A stretch of 64,000 nt of DNA from Naegleria gruberi (taxonomy: Eukaryota): the NCBI GenBank assembly GCA_000004985.1, contig GG738878.1. The stretch is one strand, 5' to 3'. The translations under genes and the position numbers were made by a program. Below, in pieces: positions 33,024-44,829 of this stretch (position 1 is the first letter of the stretch; each line of letters begins with the position of its first letter). Under the pieces are notes generated by a model. The model had not been told where the DNA came from, did not search any database, and was given only the letters and a program-made list of their open reading frames with translations.

Positions 33024-34345
33024 TTACTTGGATTTTGGAAGAATCTTTTGTAAATATTCAAAAACTGTTTCTTTATCTTTTAAGTGAATTTTCAAGATTC
33101 CTGAATATAAATTTCCAAGTCTGATATCATTCTCTGCAAGAAGTTGCACAAATTCTTTCAAATCTCGACTGAAATCTGTAGACGAAAATGAATAATAGAT
33201 TAGAGATTTGTTAGACAATGATGCAGATAGCATTTGAATAACACTTTTCAATGTCTATCACCACGGAATACGCCACATCCCCAATTGCCTGTTGCTATTG
33301 TTGAATATTTGGAAAATGTAAAACCTGTTTGAGATTTTAAGATTTCCCTCTTAACATTTTGAGGTTCAAATTGAGAATTAGTATCCTTTCCAAAGAATGA
33401 TAAGGCATCAATGGCACAAATCTCATTAATGTGAGGACTCTCATCAACACATACTCCTTCATACTTGAAATCCTCTCCAAACCCTGAATAATGGGAATAT
33501 TTTCTAGCTCCATTAATGAGTATAGCTTCATTGTCGTTCATCTTTTCACAAATTAATCTGGCTATATTCTTTTCGAATGAAATGGAGAACATTATCTCTT
33601 CCTGTACACACCCATAAGAAAGAGATGCTCCTCCAATGAATTGATTGGCAAAATCCACATGCGTTGCGTTTGGTTCATCATTGATAGATCCGCTGGCTTT
33701 GATTTGAACTTGGCAAAGTCTTTCTTGTGATTTTTCGATAGATGGAATTGAATTTAAATGAACTCTACTAATTGTAATTACATCTTTTGAAATCCCATTC
33801 TGAATCACATTCCATTCCCTCTCCATTAATGAGAAATAGTTCAATACCAAGCATTTCACTCTGTAATTATTTCACAATACAATTATTCAAGTATAAACCT
33901 ACTCTTCACTTATTTCAGTACTATACATATCTGTAAAATTAATGGATGGAAATATTTCCCAACACTCCTCATAACAAGCTCTCTTCCACAAACAAAAAAA
34001 GCTATTTGCCAACAAAGAGGCAGCTGCCATCCTTGTAATTTCCACTGTCAAATTATTGCCTCTCCTCAAGTAAGGTAAACTATTCGGCTTTAGATATTTA
34101 TCACTTTCCAACACTAATTTTACAATGAATGGAATAACTTTTGAGAGTAGTCCAGTCTTTCCGTGATCCTTCTCATAATATTTCTTATCATACAAACTTA
34201 AAGCATTCACCAAAATTAAATAATTATCATCCAAATATTCGATCGGATCACCTGTAAAGGGATGAATCTTACTCGATAATTCATAAATGACCTTTGCAAC
34301 CATTCGGGATGTAATATTCTTTGGTTTTTCAATTAGTTTTTTCAA
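33024..34345 (-). CDS. parg: poly(ADP-ribose) glycohydrolase (PARG), two exons, with an apparent frameshift
   Basis: Exon A is 34345(34303)..33903. The intron is 33902..33861 (42 nt, GTAGGT..ACAG, phase 2). Exon B is 33860..33024. The PARG signature is clear. VDFANQFIGGASLSYGCVQEEIMFSISFE matches [36 protein letters not shown] / LKSVIQMLSAS matches [32 protein letters not shown] matches ASLLANAFFC. A -1 frame switch falls at 33248-33251 at a TT run (cattg where catttg is expected). The upstream start is uncertain. The frame is open to 34447 with no ATG before 34303. Confidence 0.8.
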
Positions 34346-34600
34346 AAGTTGTTCTATTGAATTCCATCTCTTTTCTTGATACGGAAATTGAACAAATTTT
34401 ACTGTTCCTTCTCTTTCATGATTGAGGAGGCCTCCTCTTGTTTCAGATCAACTTCAATCATGAATTTTTTTTAAATTATATTTACAGTAAGATTGGCGCC
34501 AAAAAACCAATTACCAAAATCAAAAAAAATTAACAAACACATCATTTCAGTTACAAGATGGTTTGAATTGTTATGGAATTGGACTAACCACAACAAAAAA

Positions 34601-35427
34601 ATGTCTTCAGGATCCTCTTCTTGCAGTTCATGTGCCCACTTGGATTTCAAGCTCCTGACGAGTGAATATGTAACACAGGCAGCAGTGTTGGCCACTCAAA
34701 CTTTTAGTTCAGGAGAGCCATTGTCTAAAGCCTTGAAATTCTCTCCTTTGGATATTTATTATTTCATGGAACATTATGCCAAGATTGCTGCTCGTGATGG
34801 TTTGGGTGCTGTTGCTGTGGATAGAAAATCAAAGTGAGTAATGTTAAATTGTTCATGATCATTCTAATTATTAATATTATTAATTAACAAATCAATTAAT
34901 TGGATATATTGGAAATTAGTATGGTTGTTGCTGCAATAATAGGAGAAGATTTAGTCAAGGGAGCAAAAGAAGGAGCAAAGGAAATTGAAGATCACTACTC
35001 TGTAGATGCTCCACTCTTTAAAGTTTTTGGATTATTGGATCATCTTCATGAAAAGTATTGGGAATTGAATACAAATCAATCAAAAGAAGCATTCTATGTA
35101 CCTGAAAATATCTCCAAAGTACTGCACATCTATGTTGGAGCTTCATATGAATTTGCTAGACGTGGAGGTGTTTCATTCGAATTGTCCAAATTTCTATTGA
35201 GAAGTGTTCGTGAAAGAGGCTATACAATGGCACTCTCGGAAGCTACATCAGCCTACTCACAAGGATTGAGAAGAAAATTGGGTTTTGAAAGCAAGGCCTC
35301 TATCTCATATTCTGATGAAGAAACCCAGAAGAAATTCCCTTTTACTGCCTTGATAGAAGAACCACACAAATCTGTGGAAATGATGTGGTGTATGGATTTA
35401 AACTCTAATTCAATTATTAATAATTAA
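34601..35427 (+). CDS. putative GNAT-family N-acetyltransferase, two exons
   Basis: Exon 1 is 34601..34833. The intron is 34834..34919 (86 nt, GTGAGT..TTAG, phase 2). Exon 2 is 34920..35427. The segment HIYVGASYEFARRGGVSFELSKFLLRSVRERGYTMALSEATSAYSQGLRRKLGFE resembles GNAT motif A/B. It is transcribed divergently from PARG. Confidence 0.5.
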
Positions 35428-35522
35428 ATTATCAATTAATTGAATTATATTCTAATAGAATCCATCCAATGAGAAAGATATCTTTCACCTCCAATTAAAT
35501 TCTAATTTAAAAATTTAAAAAA

Positions 35523-37670
35523 ATGGAAAAACGAAAATCATCTCATCAATTTCGTCATCATCACACAATAACAGCAAGGTCATCATTACTATTGATGAAT
35601 ATTTTTCTTCTGATGATATTCAATACAATAACAAATAACAATAATAATTGCTTTGTTTTGGGAGGTTTTTCTCTATTTCCTCCTTCCATTTCATATGCTC
35701 CGAGTTTCTTGTTTAGAAAATCAATATTATATGATGTGAGTCCGAATGTTGGATTTGAAGAATGGACAGGATATACAATAGAAGCTCTAGGTGATTTTAC
35801 CAATCAAAAAACAACAGACTTAATAACAGTTTCATCCGATAGAAAGGCCATTCAAATACTAGTTTGGAATACATACAAGTGGAAATTTGTAAATCATACA
35901 CAATTTGATTACCGATTGTCGAATTTAATTGATGAAAATGTGGAAATTGTGAGTCTGGTAGCTTCCGATTTTAATTATGATGGTGCTCTGGATTTGTTGG
36001 TTACTTTGATGGATCCGAGTAGTAGTGAACAACTTTACACACACCATTTCTTATTGGGTGATTTTAAGAGTCTTCGTGATGGTGGATTCTTGTCATCGAA
36101 AACAACCGATCAAATAAGTGTAGTTGATGTGAATGGAGATTTGCTTCCTGACTTATTTTCTACTGATGCATCAACAGGAAAACGAACATTTTGGATTAAT
36201 GATAATGTAGAATACAAGTCGAATGTGCTCAATTATACTCAAATTGACCAGGAGAGTTTTACAGAGACTGAAAATTTGAATCCTCTTGCCTTTCCAATGG
36301 CAGTAATTAATGTTGATATTGATGGAGATTGTGGATCCGATTTAATCATTATGAGTTGTTCACACGCATCGAGTAATACCACTTGTGATTCACCTCATTT
36401 GGAAATTTGGATTAATGAAATGGGAAAACTCAAGCTCAATACTACAATCAATCTTCCAAAGGGTGCCGGAAGACCTGTGATTTTGGACTTTGATCATGAT
36501 GGAGATATGGACATTTTGTATCCTGTTTGTTATCCTTTGGATACTTGTGAGGAAACAAATGAGCTTCATGTCATCTTTAATGACCAGCTACCACTCTGCA
36601 CCGGCATTACTATTGATGACACCAATTGTCGACAAGATACTGACCTCTGTAGGCAGAGTTCATTCTCACTTTCAAAGAGAGCTGTTATTGAATTGCCCGA
36701 CTCTAGAAAGAGAATATTGCACCACCTTGATAGTACTAAATTCCACTCAAGACCAGCTACCCTCAGAGTTGGAGATTTTAACCTTGATGGTTATCCAGAT
36801 CTTGTTGTCAGTGTTGTCAATACCAAGGATGATCACCAAGAGGTTGGAATTGAATTGTGGCAAAATGTTGAATGTCCAGAAGCAAGTTCTTCAGAAAATC
36901 AATTATTCAATTGTACCCACACAAGTACTTCCAGAACTTTCCAAGTTGTCTCTCAACATGTTGATGCCCTCAATGAGGCATCCATTGCAAAAGTGCCACC
37001 CAAAACAAAAATGAATGAAATGCCCAAGTTGGATGCCTTCTTTTTGGATATTGATGAAACAGGAGTATTGGATATTATTACAATTTATCACGATGAACAT
37101 CTTTACAATAGAACTTTGGGAGCTTTCTTTAATTGCTTCTTCAATGACGCCTACTTTTTAAAAACCATCTCAACCAATGGTGTTACCTCTAAAGATGGTA
37201 CATATTATTATGGTGTCAATGCTCCAGGTGTTACTATCAAATTTACCTCCACAAAATTAGATGGAACAAAACAAGCTAACATGCAATCACTCATCTCTCA
37301 AACTAATTATCTAGCTCTGGAAACGCCTTACAAATTATTTGGATTGGGAAGAACTAATGGCTATGTAGAGGAATTCTTTGTTGGTAAGGCACATGCCACT
37401 AAGGACAGCTCAACCAATTACAAATCATTTAGTGCCATTATTCCAAACTCTCAATTGGTCACTCTCAACACACCACCTAATAAGCCCGATTCTTGGGATG
37501 TTCAACTCTTTGTGAATCCATCAGGAGCTAGTTTGTGGGTAATTATTGCTGAAATTGTATCTCTCATCTTGTTGGCCATACCAATTCTGATTTTATGGTT
37601 CCGAGAACATAGAGAAGATAAGAGAGAAAAGGAGGAAGTGAGTAGGGAAATTAGCTCTGTGTTTATTTAA
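35523..37670 (+). CDS. FG-GAP-repeat membrane protein, ITFG1/TIP-like
   Basis: A 715-aa ORF with an N-terminal signal/anchor. It has several FG-GAP-like Ca-binding repeats (ASDFNYDGALDLLVT, VVDVNGDLLPDLF, INVDIDGDCGSDLIIM, LDFDHDGDMDILYP, VGDFNLDGYPDLVVSV). It also has a conserved NCFFNDAYFLK block and a single C-terminal TM (LWVIIAEIVSLILLAIPILILWF) followed by a short cytoplasmic tail. Confidence 0.65.
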   Translation: MEKRKSSHQFRHHHTITARSSLLLMNIFLLMIFNTITNNNNNCFVLGGFSLFPPSISYAPSFLFRKSILYDVSPNVGFEEWTGYTIEALGDFTNQKTTDLITVSSDRKAIQILVWNTYKWKFVNHTQFDYRLSNLIDENVEIVSLVASDFNYDGALDLLVTLMDPSSSEQLYTHHFLLGDFKSLRDGGFLSSKTTDQISVVDVNGDLLPDLFSTDASTGKRTFWINDNVEYKSNVLNYTQIDQESFTETENLNPLAFPMAVINVDIDGDCGSDLIIMSCSHASSNTTCDSPHLEIWINEMGKLKLNTTINLPKGAGRPVILDFDHDGDMDILYPVCYPLDTCEETNELHVIFNDQLPLCTGITIDDTNCRQDTDLCRQSSFSLSKRAVIELPDSRKRILHHLDSTKFHSRPATLRVGDFNLDGYPDLVVSVVNTKDDHQEVGIELWQNVECPEASSSENQLFNCTHTSTSRTFQVVSQHVDALNEASIAKVPPKTKMNEMPKLDAFFLDIDETGVLDIITIYHDEHLYNRTLGAFFNCFFNDAYFLKTISTNGVTSKDGTYYYGVNAPGVTIKFTSTKLDGTKQANMQSLISQTNYLALETPYKLFGLGRTNGYVEEFFVGKAHATKDSSTNYKSFSAIIPNSQLVTLNTPPNKPDSWDVQLFVNPSGASLWVIIAEIVSLILLAIPILILWFREHREDKREKEEVSREISSVFI

Positions 37671-37874
37671 ATAATGTGAATAATATTGAGTAACAACATA
37701 GATATCAGAAATTGGACTAATCTTTATTCGCTGAGCGAAGAATAAATGTAAATTCAGTAACTTCAGTTCAGTAGGGGTCAGTGATTGATAAAATATCGCA
37801 CCAATAACATCAAACCCTTCCTTCCTGTCACTGAACATGTCATCAGTATCTTTGAATTTTCCAACCAAAAAAAA

Positions 37875-39972
37875 ATGTTTGACGCCTCTCAACCACCAAC
37901 ACCGAAACCACAATCAAAAGGTTTCTTTCTCTCAGATGCAGAAAGTAGTATTGAAGAAGAAGCTCCCAACGACTATTCATCAACCTACTACAACAAGGAA
38001 AGAAAAGATTTAATTGGAGATGAGCTCATTCTCAAGGTTACTATCAAATCGTGTGATCATCTCATTTCTGCTGATTGGAATGGTTTTTCAGACCCATATA
38101 TTGGTGAGTTTTAGTAGAAATGGTTTAATAATTGATTGAAATTTTCATAATTTTTGATTATTTTCATATTTTGGACATTTTTGTATGAAAATTTATGAAA
38201 ATTTTGAAATACAATTCGAACGAATTTGTTTTTGAAATAATTGTAACGAATGAATGGATGAAAAATTGATAGAATGTAGATTGTTTGCATCAGTACCGAT
38301 TGCCATTGACAAAGTAACAAAATCATCAACGCAATTGTTACCCGAAGAGTCGAGTGCCATTCCATCAAATTTATCAATTATCCAAAATGCCAATGCATCA
38401 AATGTCAACACTGAAAAACCATCTCCATCCAACAGCCAACAAAATAGATCAGTTTCCTTCTTTCACAGCTCTAAAAACAAGACAAAATCCACATCAAACA
38501 TAAACAACATCTCACACAGCAATATCAAAGCTAAAACTCCTGACACTGATAAACCTCTGCACTCAGCTGAATCATCGCTTTCAATCAATCACAAAGATGA
38601 GGACGTTATTGATGAACAAATCAAATCAGAAATGCAAGAAGGTGAAGCAACTTTACCTGTCAAGTGGAATCAATTAGGAAAGTTTACAAAAACTTCAATC
38701 ATTTTCAAGAATTTGAATCCAAAATGGGGAGAAGCAGGAGAGGATTTAATCATGTTCATTGAGAAGGATATCTTTGAACAGGTGCTTTCTCAAAGACACA
38801 ATGTGAATAGAACTAAACTATTCCTCCGATTGGATGCATTCGATTATGATAAGTATACTAGGGATGATGTTCTAGGTCATTGTATTATAGATTTGGAAGC
38901 TGAGGATATTTACTCACTCCTGAATACTCCATCTCCGAAATCAATTACAAAACCATTGATTGGAGTCAAGCATGGTTCGATAAATTTCGACATTTCACTC
39001 ATGGAAGATCCAGCAATATTCAATGCTGAACTAGCTCACATTTTACAAAGAAGAAGAGAAAAAGGAAATCTCCTACCGAAATCAATTGACATTCTCTTTG
39101 ATTACGTTCTGGAAAATTGTTGTGAAATTGAAGGAGTGTTGAGAATTCCTGGAAATAGAGCTCATATTTTGAGATTAAAGAAAAAGATGGACGAAATGAT
39201 TATTCTCCCAGTTGGAACATTTATTGAGGAATTTGTTCCTGAAGAGACGACTGTAGAGTTTCTACACACTGCAGTTGGTGTTCTGAAAGAATATTTGAGA
39301 GTCATGCCAACTCCAATCATTCAATATGAGTTGTATGATGATTGTATTTCACTAATTGAAACCAAATCATTGAATTTGGAAAAATTGGAAAGTGTATTGA
39401 GGAGAGTTGAACGAGCTCACATTCCACTCTTTCACAAAACGATGCAATTCATGAAAAAGATTGCTGACAAGTCGTCAATCAATAGAATGACACCAAAGAA
39501 TATTGGTATTGTAATGGGTCCTAACATTCTCAGAAGAAGAAATCAAACAGCAGATTCTGCCCTTAGACACGTCAACCACATTACTGGATTTGTTGAATTT
39601 CTCATCAATTCACACGATCACATTATGAAAGTTTTGGATCAAATCATGTTTGAAGGAATGGATCAAGCAGGAAAATTCGAAACACTCATGAACGCTCTAG
39701 AAATTGTAACAGTCGAAGAGGAGGAGGATGTTCATTCGGAAAATACTGATCAAGATCAATCGACTATTCTTGCCGAATTGACTATCAATGAAAGTAGTAG
39801 TAGTAATTCAAATCTCAATCAAGAAGATACCATTTCAATTCTCTCAGAAAAACAGCTCACATCACCACCTACCCCAATTGACCATGCAGTAATTCCTTCA
39901 ACTTCCAACACTTCCCTAACCAATTCTTCACAACAAGATAATCAACAAGAACAGCCAACCATTGTTGAGTAA
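37875..39972 (+). CDS. C2-domain + RhoGAP-domain protein, two exons
   Basis: Exon 1 is 37875..38103 and ends in the C2 start LILKVTIKSCDHLISADWNGFSDPYI. The intron is 38104..38272 (GTGAGT..GATAG, phase 1). The alternative acceptor at 38293 is also in phase. Exon 2 is 38273..39972. It holds the rest of the C2 domain with an S/N-rich insert. The RhoGAP domain follows (LRIPGNRAHILRLKKKMD...FLHTAVGVLKEYLRVMPTPII...NRMTPKNIGIVMGPNILR). Confidence 0.7.
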
Positions 39973-40140
39973 AATTCTCAAATATTTCTTGACAAAACTT
40001 TTTGTTTTATCAATTTTTGATTATCCAACTTTGAAACGCACATAATTCTCTGCTTGGCAAACCAAAACCTATAAAAGCAAGCTAATTTGCTTGGGATTTG
40101 TTTTTTCAAACTTTTAAAAAACAACAACAAATCAAAATAG

Positions 40141-41571
40141 ATGAATACTCGTTCTACTTCAAACAAGATTGTTTTCAATGGACATTGTGAGTATGAAGCA
40201 ATTCCCTTCGAAACAGAATGTGACTTGTATTGTATGGCAACACTGCAAGGTCCATGTTTTGAACAACAAGCTCAGAAGGAGAGAAAGGGTGTTGATTTGG
40301 TTCTGGTGGTTGATAAGAGTGGCTCCATGGCTGGACAAAAGCTGGACATGGTCAAGTCAACACTCTCTTTCATGGTTGATCAGTTGAAAGAGAAGGATCG
40401 TGTGGCCATCGTTGAATTTGACACTCAAGTCAAAACCAATCTTGATCTGACCAAGATGGACATTGAAGGAAAGAAGAAAGCCAAGCAAGTTTCCTCAGCC
40501 ATTTCTCCTGGTAGTTGTACCAATCTTTCAGGTGCCCTCTTTACTAGTTTGAAACTATTGGCTTCCAGACAACAGGAAAAGAATGAAGTTACCTCTGTAA
40601 TCTTATTCACTGATGGTTTGGCCAACAGAGGTTTGATCTCCACAAACGAAATCCTTCAAAATATGCAAGATTTAATGGATGAATTGTTGTCCACATCTAA
40701 CGTGACCATTCATACCTTTGGTTTTGGCCAAGACACAGATGCTAACATGCTCACAAGCATTGCTCAAAAAGGAAATGGCTTGTATGATTACTTGGAAACC
40801 GCAGATGATATTCCAAAAGCTTTTGGTAATGTGATTGGAAATTTGGTGTCAGTTGTTGGACAAAATATCAAGATTCGAATTCAACCAAAGGCAAACATTA
40901 GTTTGAAGAAAGTTTTGACTGGTTTTAGAGTTTCAGATCTTCCAAATGGAGCTGGTTGTGAAATTAATGTTGGAGATGTGTATTCTGAAGAGAAGAAGGA
41001 TATTGTCTTTATATTATCCATTCCAAGACTTTACAATCCATTGGACATTCAAGAGCTAGCTCAAGTTTCACTTTCGTATTTCAACATTATTGAAACTGAA
41101 AGTGAATTAATTGGATTTGACATGACCATTCAAAGAAATAATATTTCAATCAAATCACAAGCCAACTACCAACTAGATGTCCAAAAGAATAGAGTTGAAG
41201 TCAGCCATGCTATGGCCACAGCCAAATCACTTTCAGATTCTCAAAAATTACAAGAAGGAAGAACTGTTTTAACTGAATCCATTTCCAAAGTTCAAAACTC
41301 TATCAGTGGACAAGATCACTTCTGTCAAAGCTTGATTCAAGATTTGAGAAAATGTCTACAAAACATGGAAGATAAGCAAAGTTACCAAACCATGGGTAAT
41401 AGATTATTGAATGCTTGTTGCATGCAAAATGTCCAACAAAGAGCTACCAGTAACAACATGTCCACTGCTCAATTATCATATGCAACACCTGTGCAACGTC
41501 TCTATGCTCATAATTTTGCCCAGAATGTTTCTTCAGAAACTCCAACAAAGAAGAGAAAGGAAGAGAAGTAA
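40141..41571 (+). CDS. von Willebrand factor A (vWA) domain protein
   Basis: A 476-aa ORF. The MIDAS motif is DLVLVVDKSGSMAG. ...SGALFTSLKLL... and ILFTDGLANRG follow it, which is the typical vWA order. Confidence 0.75.
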   Translation: MNTRSTSNKIVFNGHCEYEAIPFETECDLYCMATLQGPCFEQQAQKERKGVDLVLVVDKSGSMAGQKLDMVKSTLSFMVDQLKEKDRVAIVEFDTQVKTNLDLTKMDIEGKKKAKQVSSAISPGSCTNLSGALFTSLKLLASRQQEKNEVTSVILFTDGLANRGLISTNEILQNMQDLMDELLSTSNVTIHTFGFGQDTDANMLTSIAQKGNGLYDYLETADDIPKAFGNVIGNLVSVVGQNIKIRIQPKANISLKKVLTGFRVSDLPNGAGCEINVGDVYSEEKKDIVFILSIPRLYNPLDIQELAQVSLSYFNIIETESELIGFDMTIQRNNISIKSQANYQLDVQKNRVEVSHAMATAKSLSDSQKLQEGRTVLTESISKVQNSISGQDHFCQSLIQDLRKCLQNMEDKQSYQTMGNRLLNACCMQNVQQRATSNNMSTAQLSYATPVQRLYAHNFAQNVSSETPTKKRKEEK

Positions 41572-42714
41572 TTTCTATAAATATTTGAATAAAGATAATA
41601 ATTCCGAATATTCAAAGAATCAATAATTTCCAATTAATTTGTCGACATTTGTTATGCATTCCGAACAATAATTAAATTTTCCAAAGTTAGCTTCTTGCGT
41701 ATCCTCCCATTAAATTACTAGATTTTTTTTAATAATTTATTTTTGGGTTGTTTGGTTCTTTGCTTTCTTTTACAATGAATTTAAAAGTTATCAATCTAAT
41801 AATTTTTCTGGTATTCGAGCACATCAATAGAAGGATAGTATGGTTGATTTGATGCTTGTAGTCAATTAATTATCTAATGTAATAGTAAAGTTTTAAATGT
41901 AAAAATTGTAAAATCTTTAGTAGTGAAAATTAGATCAAAAGAAAATTATATGATGGAGAGAATACCTTTAGATACCACTTGTGACTTTTACTAGCTTTCT
42001 CTCGTTCTACATCATGAGAAAACACCAAAATTTCAGATATCCATGATTGTCGCAAATTACTAAACAAAGACTTGAAATTCTACTTTTAATAATTATTACT
42101 AAGAGTATCCTGTGTGGTTTTATTGTTGTTTGACTTGTTGTTAGGTCGGGAATCAACTTTGATGGGATGAAATATCGTAAATTGGTAAATCGAGCACATG
42201 AGGAAAATCTGATAATAAACATGATGTTTATTATCTATTTAAACAGTAGTACTAAAAGACATGATGCAAGTTGGTGAAGTACATGTTGAGTTATGGTCCA
42301 TTTTCTTTTATTTAACCAAAATTACATTACTATAAATTAATTTCCACAAATTCTATTATTATATTGATGGAAAAGAATAGGATGAAGGTTGGCGAATGAT
42401 CAGATGAAGGTCCACCCACTTGTGATTTTCCATCTTGAAAAATAATTTCCAACTTGATGATACTACTCCAATAGAAAAAATTTCCACTACTACTACTATT
42501 CAAATAATATCGAGATGGTTCTGCGAAAATATTGATATTTCATCATTAGAAACCACCCGAAGAATCAACAAATCCTAAAAGAACCCATTGTGAATATTTT
42601 TTGCTTTAATTTGTTATTTTTTAAAAAAACAAGAAATCAAAGAATTCATCCAACCATTCATTCATCAAAAAATTAACAACTCACAAACACCAACAATATC
42701 ATCACTACAATTGA

Positions 42715-43656
42715 ATGATGCGTCTTCTTCGTAAACAAGCCAAACCAGTGCAAATTAAATGTTCATCAGAGCCTATTGGAGATGTTGTTGATATATTTTC
42801 GCAAGTTCCTCATGAATTGATGGCCATTATTTGCCGATATTTGAAGCCTTGGGAATTTGTTTCATACTTATCCGGATTGAATTCGTATTATTATGGCTTG
42901 ACGTTGTCTTGTCATGAAGAATTGGATGAGGATGAACATTTCGGAAGGCTCATGTGGAAATATTATTATGAATTGTATTGTTTTGTAAATTGTTCATCAT
43001 TGGAAGAGAAGGATTACAAGACCAGATTCATGCAAGAGTATTTGAGATGGAGTAATCCAAAGGCATGTTTTGGAACAACAAAACATATTAATATTTCTAC
43101 AATGAAATTTCAAACTCTTTCAGTTCAGAACACTAGTAATAGAGCTTCTCTTGCCTTGCCGAGTGAATTTGGAATGACAAGTGGCAAATTTTACTTTAGA
43201 ATTGCCTTTGATTGTTGTAAATTAGCATCAGGTGTTGGAATTATTCGTGCCAGTGAAGCCAAAAAAAAGGAAGACCAAACATGTTGTACCTATATGAGAG
43301 ATGGATCTTGCATTTTGCATGATGGCGAAAAAATTACTGATCGAGTTAAGGAAGTGAAAGGAAAAAAGATGAGAGTTTATAATGTTGTGGAACCTGGTGA
43401 TGTAGTTGGAGTTTTTCTTGATATAGAGCAACAATTGGTAACATTTAGTGTGAATGGAAAGGAGGTTTTACACATAGTTGATGTTACACAATCATATCCA
43501 GGAGAAGCATTTCACTTATTCATTTTCCTACCACCAGAGCAATCTTACACCTTGTTACCTTGTCTTAAATCTCCAGATGAGATTAGAAATGAGAAACTGA
43601 TTTTGGAACATGTAAACTCTTCCTCCAGAGAACCTAGAGTGACTATGGGTATTTAA
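42715..43656 (+). CDS. F-box + SPRY/B30.2-domain protein
   Basis: A 313-aa ORF. The N-terminal F-box is FSQVPHELMAIICRYLKPWEFVSYLSGLN. The C-terminal half is SPRY-like (SGKFYFRIAFD...GVGIIRAS...GDVVGVFLDIEQQLVTFSVNGKEV). Confidence 0.7.
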   Translation: MMRLLRKQAKPVQIKCSSEPIGDVVDIFSQVPHELMAIICRYLKPWEFVSYLSGLNSYYYGLTLSCHEELDEDEHFGRLMWKYYYELYCFVNCSSLEEKDYKTRFMQEYLRWSNPKACFGTTKHINISTMKFQTLSVQNTSNRASLALPSEFGMTSGKFYFRIAFDCCKLASGVGIIRASEAKKKEDQTCCTYMRDGSCILHDGEKITDRVKEVKGKKMRVYNVVEPGDVVGVFLDIEQQLVTFSVNGKEVLHIVDVTQSYPGEAFHLFIFLPPEQSYTLLPCLKSPDEIRNEKLILEHVNSSSREPRVTMGI

Positions 43657-44107
43657 TCAGTGATATTCTCAATATTTGGTGATCACCATTCTATTTTCAA
43701 AAGTCTGTACAATTACCAAACATTGAACGTTTAATGAGATTACAAAATTATTAAACAGTTCTCTTTCGAATCATCTCAATTATGTACTTGCATGTAGTAA
43801 CAATGCAACAAGCAATTAATCGGAAAGACCATCCGTGATGATCAAGAACCAAGTGTAGAAGATCCTTTCTGTTATTAAGCTTCTTTTACGATGACAGCTG
43901 CATAATTTAAATTTTTAATTACGCATAATTCCCAAAAAGGAGAAAATTAAACAACTCGCCAGTTGTCTATTTAGCAATCAATTTCAAAAAAACGCCACAA
44001 CATTAGTTTTGGTAGACTTCCATATTGTTGTTCCTCGCCAGCATCATTCTTGAAGCCTTTATGCGAAACCTTCATCTCCCAACTAGTACACACTAACAAA
44101 GAAGAAG

Positions 44108-44816
44108 ATGAACAAAAGAAAAAGTCTTCATGCTAATTCTTCTAACAGCAGCAGATCATTCAGAGTATTAATATGTGGAGGTGGTGTGAGTGGTCTTGTA
44201 TTTGCTCATTACTTGCTCAATCAGGAAGGTTGTGAAGGAATGAAACTTCCAATTGAAATTACCTTTGTTGAGAAGGCAACTAGATATGCTCAGGTAGGAG
44301 CTTTGATTACTGTAGATGGTAGGTTCTTAGTTTGTTTTAATTGTTGTAGGCTAATATCTTTTTGAATGTTTATGAATGTAAACTAATCTAAATTACACTA
44401 AACTAACAATTACAAAAGGACAACAAACTTTGGATATTTTGGGAGATATTGGAGTTTCATCAACAACATTACACGTACCATTGGAGAAACATCACTATGT
44501 AGACTATAAGGGAAAATTAATTCGTGACTTTGATGCTTCGCTCATTCACAAATATAAGGATATTTCTAAACTATTCGAAAGGGCAACCGTACATTCGATT
44601 CTTTATGATAAAATTGGACCACAGATAGCAGATTTTAGATTTAAAACGGTGGTTCAGAGTATTTCTGAAACTTCTAGAGGACAAGGAGTCAAGATTCTTC
44701 TAGTTGACCGTAACACTTCATCATCAAATGATCGTTTATCCTTGGCGAGTGGAAGATGTGGAGTTTCACCTTCATTGCACATTGATCAGAATTTGTTAGG
44801 TCCTATTGATATCTGT
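44108..44816 (+). CDS. FAD-dependent monooxygenase, N-terminal part (exons 1-2) upstream of a transposon insertion
   Basis: Exon 1 is 44108..44318. It holds the Rossmann fingerprint RVLICGGGVSGLVFAHYL. The intron is 44319..44418 (GTAGGT..AAAG, phase 1). Exon 2 is 44419..44816 and ends at a stop (44817-44819). It lies just before the left inverted repeat of the piggyBac-like element. Confidence 0.65.
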
Positions 44817-44829
44817 TGAAAAGTTCACG

